The translations under genes and the position numbers were made by a program. A stretch of 63,539 bases of DNA, the filler included, from Pelomyxa schiedti (lineage: Eukaryota > Protista > Evosea): assembly GCA_020536535.1 (NCBI GenBank). It is 10 parts of 10 records of this genome, joined end to end, with 100 filler letters (N's around TTAATTAATTAA, not from the genome) between each part and the next. Parts side by side here need not be neighbours in the genome. Positions count along the whole stretch, not along the records: positions 43,704 to 52,418 come from JAHLWZ010001308.1; positions 52,519 to 55,641 come from JAHLWZ010001825.1; positions 55,742 to 57,375 come from JAHLWZ010002367.1; positions 57,476 to 61,186 come from JAHLWZ010001700.1; 6 more parts are not named here. One strand, 5' to 3'. Below, piece after piece: positions 46,834 through 57,779 of the stretch (its first letter is position 1; the number at the start of each line of letters is the position of its first letter). The notes under the pieces were generated by a model. The model did not search any database and was not told the DNA's origin. It saw only the letters and a list, made by a program, of their open reading frames with translations.

Positions 46834-49497
46834 TCAGCAAGAGTATTTGGTTTCTCCAAGCCAGTGGTCTACTTCTGGGGTTGTTGTAGCCCTACCGTTC
46901 TTCCCATAGTACTGGCGAACCTCGTCGATGCTGATGCCTAGCCTGGCTGCGGTTGGTCGACCAATGAAAGCGGATTGTGCTAAAATGGGCATGAAGTGCT
47001 TTCGTATGACAGTGACATCATCGAGTGGTGGGAACATTGCCAGGAGCATGTTCCATGTATCCAGGTCGAGGCCATAAAGGCGGGGTATGAATGGTAACCA
47101 GCGGTCGAACATATCCAGTACCTTGTTGGGTATGTGATTATTAGGTCATGGGTAGAAACTAGTCAGTAATTACTAGAACTTGTACCTCTTGAGAAGTGAT
47201 TCCAAACGATGTTACGAGCCACTTGACTCCACTTCTGTTATTCCAGTTGAGATTTCTGTACAACAAGCAATTGAAATCCCGTTTGATGTGACTAGCATTG
47301 AGACGGAATTGGATCACCAACCATTTCATGACTTTGGTTGGGCATGAATGTGAGAACCTGTAATTATCACAGTTCAGGACCCTGGCAACTGCATCGGAAG
47401 TTAGCAGCGGTGGTGAGGAAAGTTGATTGATGGTGGACAAAAGCCACTTCAGCCTCTCAAGGCCACCCATTGACATGAATGAAACCACCATGGATTCCAA
47501 CAGGGATGTTGGGAAGGATTCGCCACCATCATCCTCCTCATGTGACAGTCTCTGTGGGTGCCGAAGAAGCTGTGAAAATTGTGCAGGAAATGCCTTTAAA
47601 ACCAGTTCAAGGCCATTTGCACCCATGTTCTCGGTTGCTAAGCGGATGGCTTTGCGGACTAAAGTCACACTGATATTGGAATGCCGTGACAGGTGGTCAA
47701 GGAACCACTTTAGCCCTTCAACTTGGTCCAGGCAATAAGGGTTATTGCATATTTTGGCGAGAATAGTACCAGCAACAACATCACTGGCGTTGACTTGGTT
47801 CATGACATGGAACGTGCTCTCCAACCATTCTGCAGTTTCCGGGTGGTTGAAGCGAAGTGAACGATGGAGAGCGCGGATGAGAATGCTGGGTAAAAGTGAC
47901 ACCCTTGCTGAAAGCCACTGTAGAAGAGGAATGGAAGATTTGTGTTCACACGCGAGTATAAATGAGTCTGTGGTTGCTTTGAATGGAACTGTACGGTAGA
48001 CCCACTTGGTAAATTCCACACCCAGGTTGGCACACATATGATCAACGCAGTTTCTATCTGGTGAAACTTTTAGAAACGTTGTGAGGATCCACTTCGCAAC
48101 ATCAGGATTCTTGACGCTTCTCAGAGTGTTCTTAATACTTTTACAATTCCACCATTTTCCATCTTTAAGCCATTTGCACAGCGGCACAGATGAATGCTTA
48201 TTTTGTACCACAAAGGGAGCTATGTTCCATTTACGTGGATCAAGGCCCTTCTCAAGCAACCACTTTACAATTGTTGGGTCCTTTCCCTCACAGGCTTGCC
48301 AAAGTACACACATGGGCGGTCGCAGTCCCGTTGCAAGGTATAGTTTATCGTACAACCATTCCACAATCTCCCGATGGCCACGAGGCAGTGCCAGTGTCAG
48401 ACCTTTGGTAAGAAACCACCCTATTTGCCTCCACTGCTCATTACTTTCCTCAGTCACGAGAAATGTGTAAACCACCCACTTAACAGTTTCGAGGTTCCCA
48501 GAAATGCACGCTTCTTTGGTGATAGAATGTATCCAACTTGATGGTGCCTGCATCATGTAGTCTCTAGGGGAAGTTGTTGGATTCGCAATTCTGTGTATAT
48601 GTCAACAAAAAAACCTGCCACGACAAGATGGAAAGACCTGTCACTGGCTCCGGAATCCGCACCCAAATTGGCATTCCTTCCCCGTTGTTCCCATTCCGGA
48701 ATGAGTCTCCCGTCCCATAACGCCGGGAACGAAGGGCTCCCTCGTTCCGCCTCCTCGCCCCTCTGCCCGCCGAACATTGCACGCAACATCCTCACATTCC
48801 CAGCCCGGCACAGCCCTGACATCACCCACATCACTTCCTTCACTGTAACACCCCTCGCCCATTGTTCCGGCTCATCATCACAGTGCCCATGGCCACTGTC
48901 ATCGTATATCCTTGCATCAACCCCGCTGGGCGATTTGGGCATGGTTTCCATTCGCGTTTTCCTGTGGCTCTTCACCAGCCAAGCGACGCAGGCAGGCGCG
49001 CCAGCCAGTGCGGCGATTCCGATAAAACGGTAGTGCGACAGGCACAGCCTGCGTTGGAAGGTGCTCGTGACTCGGCGGCAGCACAGTCCCACAATTGGGA
49101 ACATCGCCTCGCCCAGTCGCAGGGTGCTCAGTATCGAGTCCAGCAGTGGCGCCCCGCCGATCTCCTCGAAGTGCAACTCGAGGCTGGACCCGTAATTATG
49201 GCGTATCATGCCTTTCGGGTGGGGACCGTCGAGCCACCCCGGCACGACAACACACCCCCACACGATACACGAGACTCTAAGCATTGATGGGGTTCTGCTC
49301 GACGCCAAAACTTTTCCCGACTTCGCCAAGCTTTGGCTGTCGGTTGGCGAACACGAAACTGCATGGCGGCGGGACCTGCAAACAAAACGACGATGGAGGC
49401 AGTCAAGGTGTGCGTTGTTGGAGGAACTTATCTTTCCAACCCACGACGTTCCAACACCCACCAACAAGGCTGGAGAAGCACACCTAGACGAGTGCAC
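46834..49497 (-). CDS. Lineage-expanded helical (ankyrin-like) repeat protein, possibly frameshifted
   Basis: ORFs 48553-49497, 47159-48556 and 46834-47112; repeats such as ACISGNLETVKWVV and GHREIVEWL. Confidence 0.6.
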
Positions 49498-51443
49498 CCA
49501 ACGCGCCGCCGAGATCCTCGAGTGCTGGGCTCGGAAGTACCCGGGAGGCTCCGCGGCCGCCGACGCCGCCAGCCTGCGCCAGTGGGACGAGGACTCCTAC
49601 GTCATCGTGGCGGGAAGCACCAACAGCGGCAAGAGCAGCCTGATCTGCAAGCTGCTAGGCGCCGATCTCGCCAAGGTCGACGCCTCCATGATCACAAACG
49701 CCACGTGGACCTACCACCACCGCGAGGCTCCCGCGCCCGACAACGAGACGCCGCAGCAGCCGAAGTTGAGCACCAACGGGGTGGAAAAGTCATTCCCTAA
49801 TGTAGAGGCCCTGGTCGAACATGTACGCATTATGGGTATGGGAACTCCTCCTTATGAATCAGACACTACCCTTACCTGGTGACTATTTTTGGTGCATTAG
49901 ATGACAGGCATCCCTTTGATGTGGCTATTGAGTTTCCGTCAGAGACTTTACGCGACCTGCAGGCGGCATTTGTGGACACACCTGGCGTGGATGAGACTAA
50001 TACAGAAGGTGATCCTGTGCACATTGAAAGGCTACTGAGCATGGTTGGTGACAAGGCAGCAGTGGTTGTGTTCTTGGTCACTGCACAGTCTGGAATCCTG
50101 GGCCCGACTCATGTTAGATTTCTGAAGAAGGTGCCGAAGGACATCCCGATTGTTATCTTGTTGACTCAGGTGGACCTCTTCCAAGCCTCCCAAAGGAAAG
50201 ATGTAGAAGCTGTATTGCAAAGGCAGCTTGGCCAACTCCAAAGATATTCCACGGAAGCATTGGACAGAGCTATTGATGTGCTCCCAATGATGATTCTACA
50301 AGGTACGTTCCTTGCTACCGTCAACTCGAAAACACAGGAGGCGCAGTACTGGAAGGGGTTCCTGAATAATGTCAAAGAAAAACTCAGGTTTACACTTTCG
50401 GTCTTCTTATGCCTTGCCACAATAACGCTTATCAGTGCCCCCGCCCTCTTGCGGCACCAAAAGAAGTTTTCGCGAATACTGAAACAGTTCTTCAACTGCG
50501 AGACTTTCAACCTTAAACAACATGCCGAATGCCCCATTATTATCAGTCGGCTCAAGCAGACTATTGATTCGGTAATTAGCAACCAAGTTGACCCTATTGT
50601 TCAGGTATTGACATTGCATCTTCTTGACGAGCCACCCTATCAATGTGCAGGAGAAACTGAAACTCCCATGGCGGAAATATCTCTCTCAACACCTACACGA
50701 TCACCCACTTGGAGGTGGCTGGGTATCTGAAAAGGCATACGTGGAAGCAGTAGTGACATTCCTTGGTGGTTTTGCACGCACGTAAGCAATCCAAATTCCA
50801 ACAGAAATACCGACGCGTTTCTACAGTGAGCTCACGGAAATGATTTCCACTGAAGTTTCTGCTGCAGTGAAAAAGGCAGTTGATCTGGAACTACATCAGC
50901 TCCAACTCCAGGTATAAGTTGAGTTGATGATAAAACTAAAGGGTGCAGTTAAACGTAGGATCCTTTACTGCAGGAGGCTCTCAAATTTATACTGGATTAG
51001 CCGTTCTCATGTCCGGAGGAGGTATTCTTTTTCAAGCTTTTTCGCCAAAGAGCATCGGCATTGCCTTGAATGGCATCATTGTTGGCACCGTCGCGATTTG
51101 TGCTGGCGTTCTCAGCCTCGCGTCTCTTGTTACCAACAACATGGTATTTTGGCGCTACTCGACCGCCAACGATATAGCCCTGGAGTATGCACTACAAAGC
51201 CTGCAACAAGGGGCTATTGATTTGGGGCATCAAACACAAAGGTGGCTGCACACAATGCTGAATGCCCGTGTTGAGGAAATCAAGGCACAACTCGATGAAG
51301 AGGAAAAAGATAAAACTTGCATGCTAGTAAAGCTACAAATACTTCTTTCCAACTACCCTGATGTACAACTAGCCCCATGCACTGCTCCCAACACCACGAC
51401 ATCCACTACATGCACCACAACAACAACCAGTGGTAACTCATGA
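49208..51443 (+). CDS. Dynamin-superfamily GTPase (BDLP/mitofusin-like layout) with C-terminal hydrophobic hairpin
   Basis: G1 GSTNSGKS, G3 FVDTPG, G4 LLTQVD; intron ~49836-49900 joins the frames. Hydrophobic IYTGLAVLMSGGGILF...IGIALNGIIVGTVAICAGVLSLASLV followed by a helical segment. Confidence 0.75.
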
Positions 51444-52806
51444 ACAAAGAAAATAACTACTTTAGGTGATGGAGAGTTCCTGTTGCCAAATTTATTTTAT
51501 GCAATCTTATCAATCACTAGGCAGTACAAGACAGTTGACCTGGGCCTGTGGGCTCATGGGCAGGGTTGTCAATGCGCTCACCAAGGTCGTCACGAATCCA
51601 CGTTGTGAAGTCAACAGAATTACTGGAGAGTGTTGTTAGAATGTAGGTGTAGAGCACATGTTCATACTCGGAATGTAGGGTTATCTCTATTATCCTTGAG
51701 CCGTGGTGCATGGGCCATTCTGGGTTGCTGAACAGGTGTTTTTTTGTTTGTTTGTGAACAGGCCTATGCTTTTGAAGTGTACCTGTATCCAAATCCGGTC
51801 TTCCGTCCATAACACAACATCAACTGTGGGTGTGCGGCAAAGGAACCACAATAGTCATTGTGGTGGTCGTGGCTAAAGGGTTGAATCAATAATTCAAAAT
51901 GAGCTAAGAAAAAAAACCACACCCAACAAACATGCCATGAATATCCCCAGACTCCAATGCAGCATCATACCTGGGTAAAGGTTACATTATGGGGAGGAAG
52001 ATCTGTCCAATTACAAGCCAGTGTTTACTACAGGGCAGCAAACATCTTCTCCTTTGGTGCCATATGTGACTTCGTAGTTCCATAAATCGACATACTCTGG
52101 CGTGGGGACATGCAAAAAGAATAAGCCAAAATGAGAACCCAACTTAGCTGTTTCATTCTTGTACCACTCCACCTAATTTGGTTTTTTTTTGGCTCTGTTG
52201 GGTTTTTAATCCTTGACTACCTGCGCTTTTGATACACAAGCATTCGAGCTGACATTTTCGCATCCCCAATTGTCACAAAGGTCACTGGGAAAAAGAGTGA
52301 ATAGGTAAAATTTATGGAGTCTCATACAAGAACCACAGAACTGCAACTGTTTGATTGCCGGTAGTATCATAGATAGGCAAATAATAATTTGTCACACCAG
52401 GAATATCTTAAAAATTATNNNNNNNNNNNNNNNNNNNNNNNNNNNNNNNNNNNNNNNNNNNNTTAATTAATTAANNNNNNNNNNNNNNNNNNNNNNNNNN
52501 NNNNNNNNNNNNNNNNNNGTGCTATTGGCACAATGCCATGGCACTGCACGGTAACGGCGTGACCACAACCCACAACCGACACCAACGTCGAGCATAATTA
52601 ATAATGTGTCCGTAGAATAGAAAAAGGGAAAAATGGCTGGGTGTGGAACCGATTTACCAGAACCCGATGATTGCAAGTTGGGTTAAAAATTCCGAGTCGG
52701 GTAAGTTTTGTGAGTCGGATTTTTGCTTTTGTGAGTCGGTTTTTAAGGGCCTACTCTAGTTTCCAACGAACGAATTCGAATGGCAGCGAGCAGCGAGCAA
52801 CAGCCA

Positions 52807-54124
52807 ATGTATCAACTTGTGCCGGAAGAGATTATGGGACAGTGCAACAGAGTGTTACTTTGTGGATGTGGTGGGGGGTACGACGTCTACAGTGCTATTC
52901 CTCTATTCTATGCATTAAAGGCCCGCGGAAAGGTTTAGTGTCACTTTTTTTTTCTTCTTTTGTTTTTGACACTGATGGTGCTTATAGCAAGTTTTTTTGG
53001 GAAGCAATACTTTCATTTTCTTGGATGCCTTTTCATCCCCACCTTTGTCAAGTGCTCATTTACCTCCTGTTTCCGATGAGACTCCATTGACCTATGTGTG
53101 TGCTGATAGTACGTGGCCCCCTGGAGGGAAGGATGATTACTGGTATGTCTGACAACATGTGGGAACTAGCACTTATGCTGTGGAACAGGGGAGAATACTT
53201 TCCAGAGTTTTACCTGACCCATTGGTTCAAGAAAGTCGAGAACCAGGATGTCCCTATCTTCATGTTCCGGGGTGGAGTGCGACAGTTGAGATCAGCAATG
53301 CAGACACTTGTTGATGCATTAAATGTATGCCTACAACTTGCGATATCGTTGGTGTAAGAGAGAATCATCAGGTCGATACTGTAATTATAGTTGATGGCGG
53401 AACAGATAGTCTAATGTCTGGTGATGAACCAGGTTTGGGTACGCCTACTGAGGACCTTGCATGCATTGTAGCTGCGAGTAGGCTCACACGTGTGCATCAC
53501 TTTTTCCTATCAATTATCAGTTAAATACTTTAAGGTGCGAGAAGTTTCCTTTCCTGTGTAGGCTTTGGCCTAGACACCTTCCACGGTGTAGAGCACTACT
53601 ATGTACTAAAAGCAATTGCCGAAGTGACCAGGGCAAGGGGCTATCTCGGTCTGCACGCCCTGCTACCCCAATCTACCGAAGTGAGTTCAGCTTTTGTATT
53701 TGAGAACTCGTTTATGCATACTAACATATTTCATATTTCCCAGTTTCAGAAATCTAGATCGCTGCAAGAGTACATCAATACCAACGCCAGAGATTTCCCG
53801 AGTATCGTGTGCAGTTCTGTTCTTGGTATTCTTGTGCAATATCATCATATCCTATTCTTATATCTCGACATAGATGCGGCCGACGGACACTTTGGAGATC
53901 ACCGCAGCAATCCCCGCACTGGGGGATCGGAACTTTTCATCAATCCGCTGATGAGTATTTATTGGTACCTCACCATGGAGGCAGTTGCCAGTAGGATGCA
54001 ACTCAGGGAAGCTCTTGAGGGCACAACCACAATCCAGGATGTGCAATCAACAATAGAAGCTTGGAGAAAAGCCAAGGCTGCCAAAGGAGAAATTCTCGAC
54101 CACCACCCAACACTCAAGTTGTAA
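52807..54124 (+). CDS. DUF1152-family protein (multi-exon)
   Basis: LLCGCGGGYDV, YFPEFYL, VDGGTDSLMSGDEPGLGTPTED, GFGLDTFHGV, RTGGSELFINPLMSIYW. Confidence 0.85.
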
Positions 54125-54219
54125 ACAAAAGTGCTTACTATTGTATAGCCGTTTTAGATCGATCTTGATCAATTCAATCCTTTCAAAGGAAAACCGAAAA
54201 AACATAACCGCGCGACAGT

Positions 54220-55368
54220 ATGGACGACTATCGAGGTTCTGAAGCCGAGTATTACGAGCGTTATGAAGGGAGTGAGGCGAGGCGCTATGTGCACAGTGAG
54301 GCGGCGGCAGCAATGAGACCGACTGGCCCTGTGGCCAAAGTAGTGCCTCCACTGTCTTGGCAGTGGCCGCCGGGATACTCCTGCCCTGGGGCGATCAGCG
54401 TTGAAACTGTGCCTGACAACACTGCAAGTCCGTTCTCGCTACGAAAGAACTTTGTAAAATTATGCTATGTACCTAATAGTTCGAACTTACGTGTGATTAG
54501 CGGGGAGTGCTGTGGTATTGGGGCCGTTGATTCATGCGGTATTTTTGGGAGGAAAATACTCTACCCCTGCAGATGTAATGGCATTGGCTAGGGCAACTGT
54601 GGGCTCTGAGGTACAACTGGCAGAGTTTAAATTTGTAGACAATACAAGTCAAAGTGCGGCCGCAATATCAATTTGCTCAGTGAACCCACCGGGGACAACA
54701 AGTCCCCCACTTTCCACTGCCGTACCAAGAGCAAGCTCAGGGGGAGCATCGGTAATCGTGGAATTCACTGACAGGACTGTGACCGAAAGAGTGCCGTACC
54801 TACAGCTATTGTTAGAGGAGGCCATCAGAAACACTTTGTCAAGGTGCACAAAACAAATAAAAATAAAAACAAAAAGCATAAAAACCCAAACTTTAGGCCT
54901 CCACCCATAACGAGCCTGCAGTGGAACCAGACAGTCATTGGGACTCTTAGAACAACCGATGTACTACTATGCCCTGGTCTTGCTCTGATGTGGAATTGGC
55001 AGCTATCAGACACGCACCACGAGACTGGAGTATCTGTCGACGCAGTTGCTCCCTTAATCGAGATTGCCACAAATAGGTGGCGTGACGCAATATGCAACTG
55101 CGGAGGGTGCGGCCCCACGTCAAGCGGCGGGTGTGGGGGCTCGGCTAGGGAGACAACACGGACCGAGAAGCACGTGATTGTGGGACAAGGGTTTGGGGCC
55201 AAACACGTGGACACAGGAGATCTGACTGTGCAGGAGGCAACACTGACATTCCTGAGATCTCGTGGCTTCGTGGTGCACTCAATGAACACAGCCTCCGCCG
55301 TAAGGCTCTACAACCAGCTCGTATCTTGTGGTCATTGTGTTGTTGCACTCCTCCACAGCCGATGCTGA
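54220..55368 (+). CDS. AAMDC: Mth938-domain (AAMDC-like) protein with N-terminal extension
   Basis: PPITSLQW...DVLLCPG...WNWQLSDTHHETGV...VIVGQG...AVRLYNQLV...ALLHSRC resembles AAMDC (PEIASLSW...WDWRETGTEHSPGV...FHSTC). Confidence 0.8.
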
Positions 55369-55526
55369 TACTCTCAGTGAAGAAACAATAAAATTCTCCG
55401 CTGATGTATCCTACCCTAAGTAGGAAGAAAATTTCCAACTTCCTGTAAAAATTCATCTGCAAAGACCCATAATTGTGGTAGAGGAATCCCCGGGGGACTT
55501 GCGAGGGAGGGAAGAAGTTTGACTTC

Positions 55527-55641
55527 ATACCTTCTCGGCCTTTTGGCTAAGATCAAGTGTAGTATCTGTTCTTTTCAGCTTAATATCTGAAAGCTGCCCA
55601 TTGGGTAGCATCGATATTAAACTTATTTTTCGTGGGGTCGC
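55527..55641 (+). ncRNA. U2: U2 spliceosomal snRNA (3' truncated by contig end)
   Basis: ATACCTTCTCGGCCTTTTGGCTAAGATCAAGTGTAGTATCTGTTCTT; branch-point helix GTAGTA; stem IIa TCAG-CTTAATAT-CTGA; U-rich Sm-like site. Confidence 0.96.
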
Positions 55642-55741
55642 NNNNNNNNNNNNNNNNNNNNNNNNNNNNNNNNNNNNNNNNNNNNTTAATTAATTAANNN
55701 NNNNNNNNNNNNNNNNNNNNNNNNNNNNNNNNNNNNNNNNN

Positions 55742-56463
55742 AGAGTTGCTAGACTTACTTGATGTCGCTCCAGAGTGAACAACCGAGAATTCTAACATCA
55801 GTACCGGGAACATCGCAGGAATCACAGTCAAGAAATACAAAGTTCGCGATGGAACTCTGCAGTTGCCTCAATTTTTTTGTCACATCTTCAATTGTTGTGC
55901 CGTACCTCGTTGCGAATTAGGTTTTTGTTTCATGGAAGTTGAAAGTACCCTTCATGATTTCCGTACACAAAGAACACAGCCCTTAAATCAGGATTATTCA
56001 GGTTAAAAGTAGCAGTATCTGCGGTTTTATAATACATAAAATTCCAGCCATCATTCAATAAGTATTTGTATTTCCTTAAAAAATAAAAAAAAATAAAAAA
56101 GCAGTGTGTGGCAGCGCGGTGTTTCATCCAAAACCTATATTCATTAACCTATTATATAGGTTAATATTCAGGCGTTCGTCTCCCTCTTTTTATTTACCTG
56201 AACATAGAGCACACCTTGAGAATGAAGGCGTGGAGCTGGTCGAAGCGCTCATCGCAACACAGCCCGATGTCGCCCAACAACGCCAAGTACGGCGCGCTGG
56301 GAACCACGTCCACTACCCCGTCAAACTCCAGGTGCGTGTCTGACAGCACCTGCAACTCGAACAACTCCTTGCTCCTTTTTTCGGGAGCACCGCTCCCATA
56401 ACCGCCGCCGCCGCTGCCGCTGCTACTGCCGCTTGATGACGCGGTCGCGGGAGCGTTACCCAT
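55742..56463 (-). CDS. Calcineurin-like metallophosphoesterase, 3'-truncated; possible N-myristoylation (MGNA)
   Basis: LSDTHLEF, LLGDIG, YGNHE motifs. Confidence 0.85.
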
Positions 56464-56689
56464 CGCTTGTTGTTGTGTCTTTGGATCTGCGAATTGTTTT
56501 TTCCGATTAAGTTCTTGTGTACACAGCTTTACAAGGCAAACGGTGTTGTTGGGGCTTTCCATGAAGTACCAATTTGGGAATGGGCTTGTGACACCTGGAT
56601 TGATTTCACAAGCAGGAATGTATTCCAAGGTAAGCCTGCCTGAGAATTGACAACAGTGGCTTCGAAGCTAACAACCCTCCTTTTGGTGT

Positions 56690-57375
56690 ATTATTGCGTT
56701 TCCTTCCATTTGATGCTGGGTGTGGGATCAGAACGTGGCAATTGATGTACATCTGTGTGTTTGTTCCTGCATTGGATGCCGTATGTAGGCCTGGTGGTAC
56801 TGTGTCGTTGTTGGGCAGTGAATATGGTTGTTATTCTCGTTGACAGTGAAAAGGTCCCACATGATGATCTTGGATCCATCCTGGATTCCAGCAAGAATGG
56901 TGCCAGAGTATACTGTGAGAAGTTCAAGTGGTGGTGAAAAAGGGCAATCCAAGGAGCTGAGGGGATCACCGGTTTCACTGTGGAATATCTGTTTGTGTTT
57001 TTGAGTGAAGAAAATGGGAGGATTGTGGGCACATACAACTATTTGAGGGGCTCTGTTTGGTTGAATGATTTGGGCGAAGATGCAACCAATCGAGGAGGCC
57101 ACAGATGATGCGTGCTGTGAGAGGATCCTGTGTGAACAGTGTCTCTTGTCAAACAATCCTGTGAACAAATGCAGAGAACCAGGGAAGATTGTGGGACTGG
57201 TCTCGTGGATCAACACAGCAATCGCCTCTGCGTGTGTTTGGTGTGCTGCTGCCTGGTGATGCACAGGTGAAATAGTGACATCACCGTAAACGGCACCAAG
57301 GAACTGTCTTGAAAGGAGGATGGCTTTTCCCTCCTCTGCCTTAATCGGGCATGGTGAATTGTGGGTGTTGGGTGA
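56690..57375 (-). CDS. 3' fragment of a lineage-family hypothetical protein
   Basis: Overlapping ORFs 56728-57264 and 56691-57038, similar in style to the C-terminus of 1305-2636. Confidence 0.35.
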
Positions 57376-57779
57376 NNNNNNNNNNNNNNNNNNNNNNNNN
57401 NNNNNNNNNNNNNNNNNNNTTAATTAATTAANNNNNNNNNNNNNNNNNNNNNNNNNNNNNNNNNNNNNNNNNNNNTGGACAATTCCATGCTAACTACATA
57501 AAACCCAACAACAGCCAACAGTGTTCTTCTGAGCCAACACTGTAAAAACCAAAACTTATTGAAACGAAATGAGAGTTTCATCCCCCAAAACCCACAAATG
57601 AGCAGGCATTTCTGAAAAGGAGTAAGCCAGACGAAGCCTGGTTTTCTGGCAAAAGCCTGACTGGGTTGGCAAGCGCTTATTTTGTTTTTTCTTTCGAGCA
57701 GAGTGAGGGTGGTTCGACGGCGGTTACTTGGTTAGTAGCTTTTCAAAAAGGTTTCCATTGTATTGCTTGAGTGATCACA

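Noticed and set aside
51517-52400. Possible 3' exons of a minus-strand gene
   Set aside because: Too short and unrecognisable to support a call.
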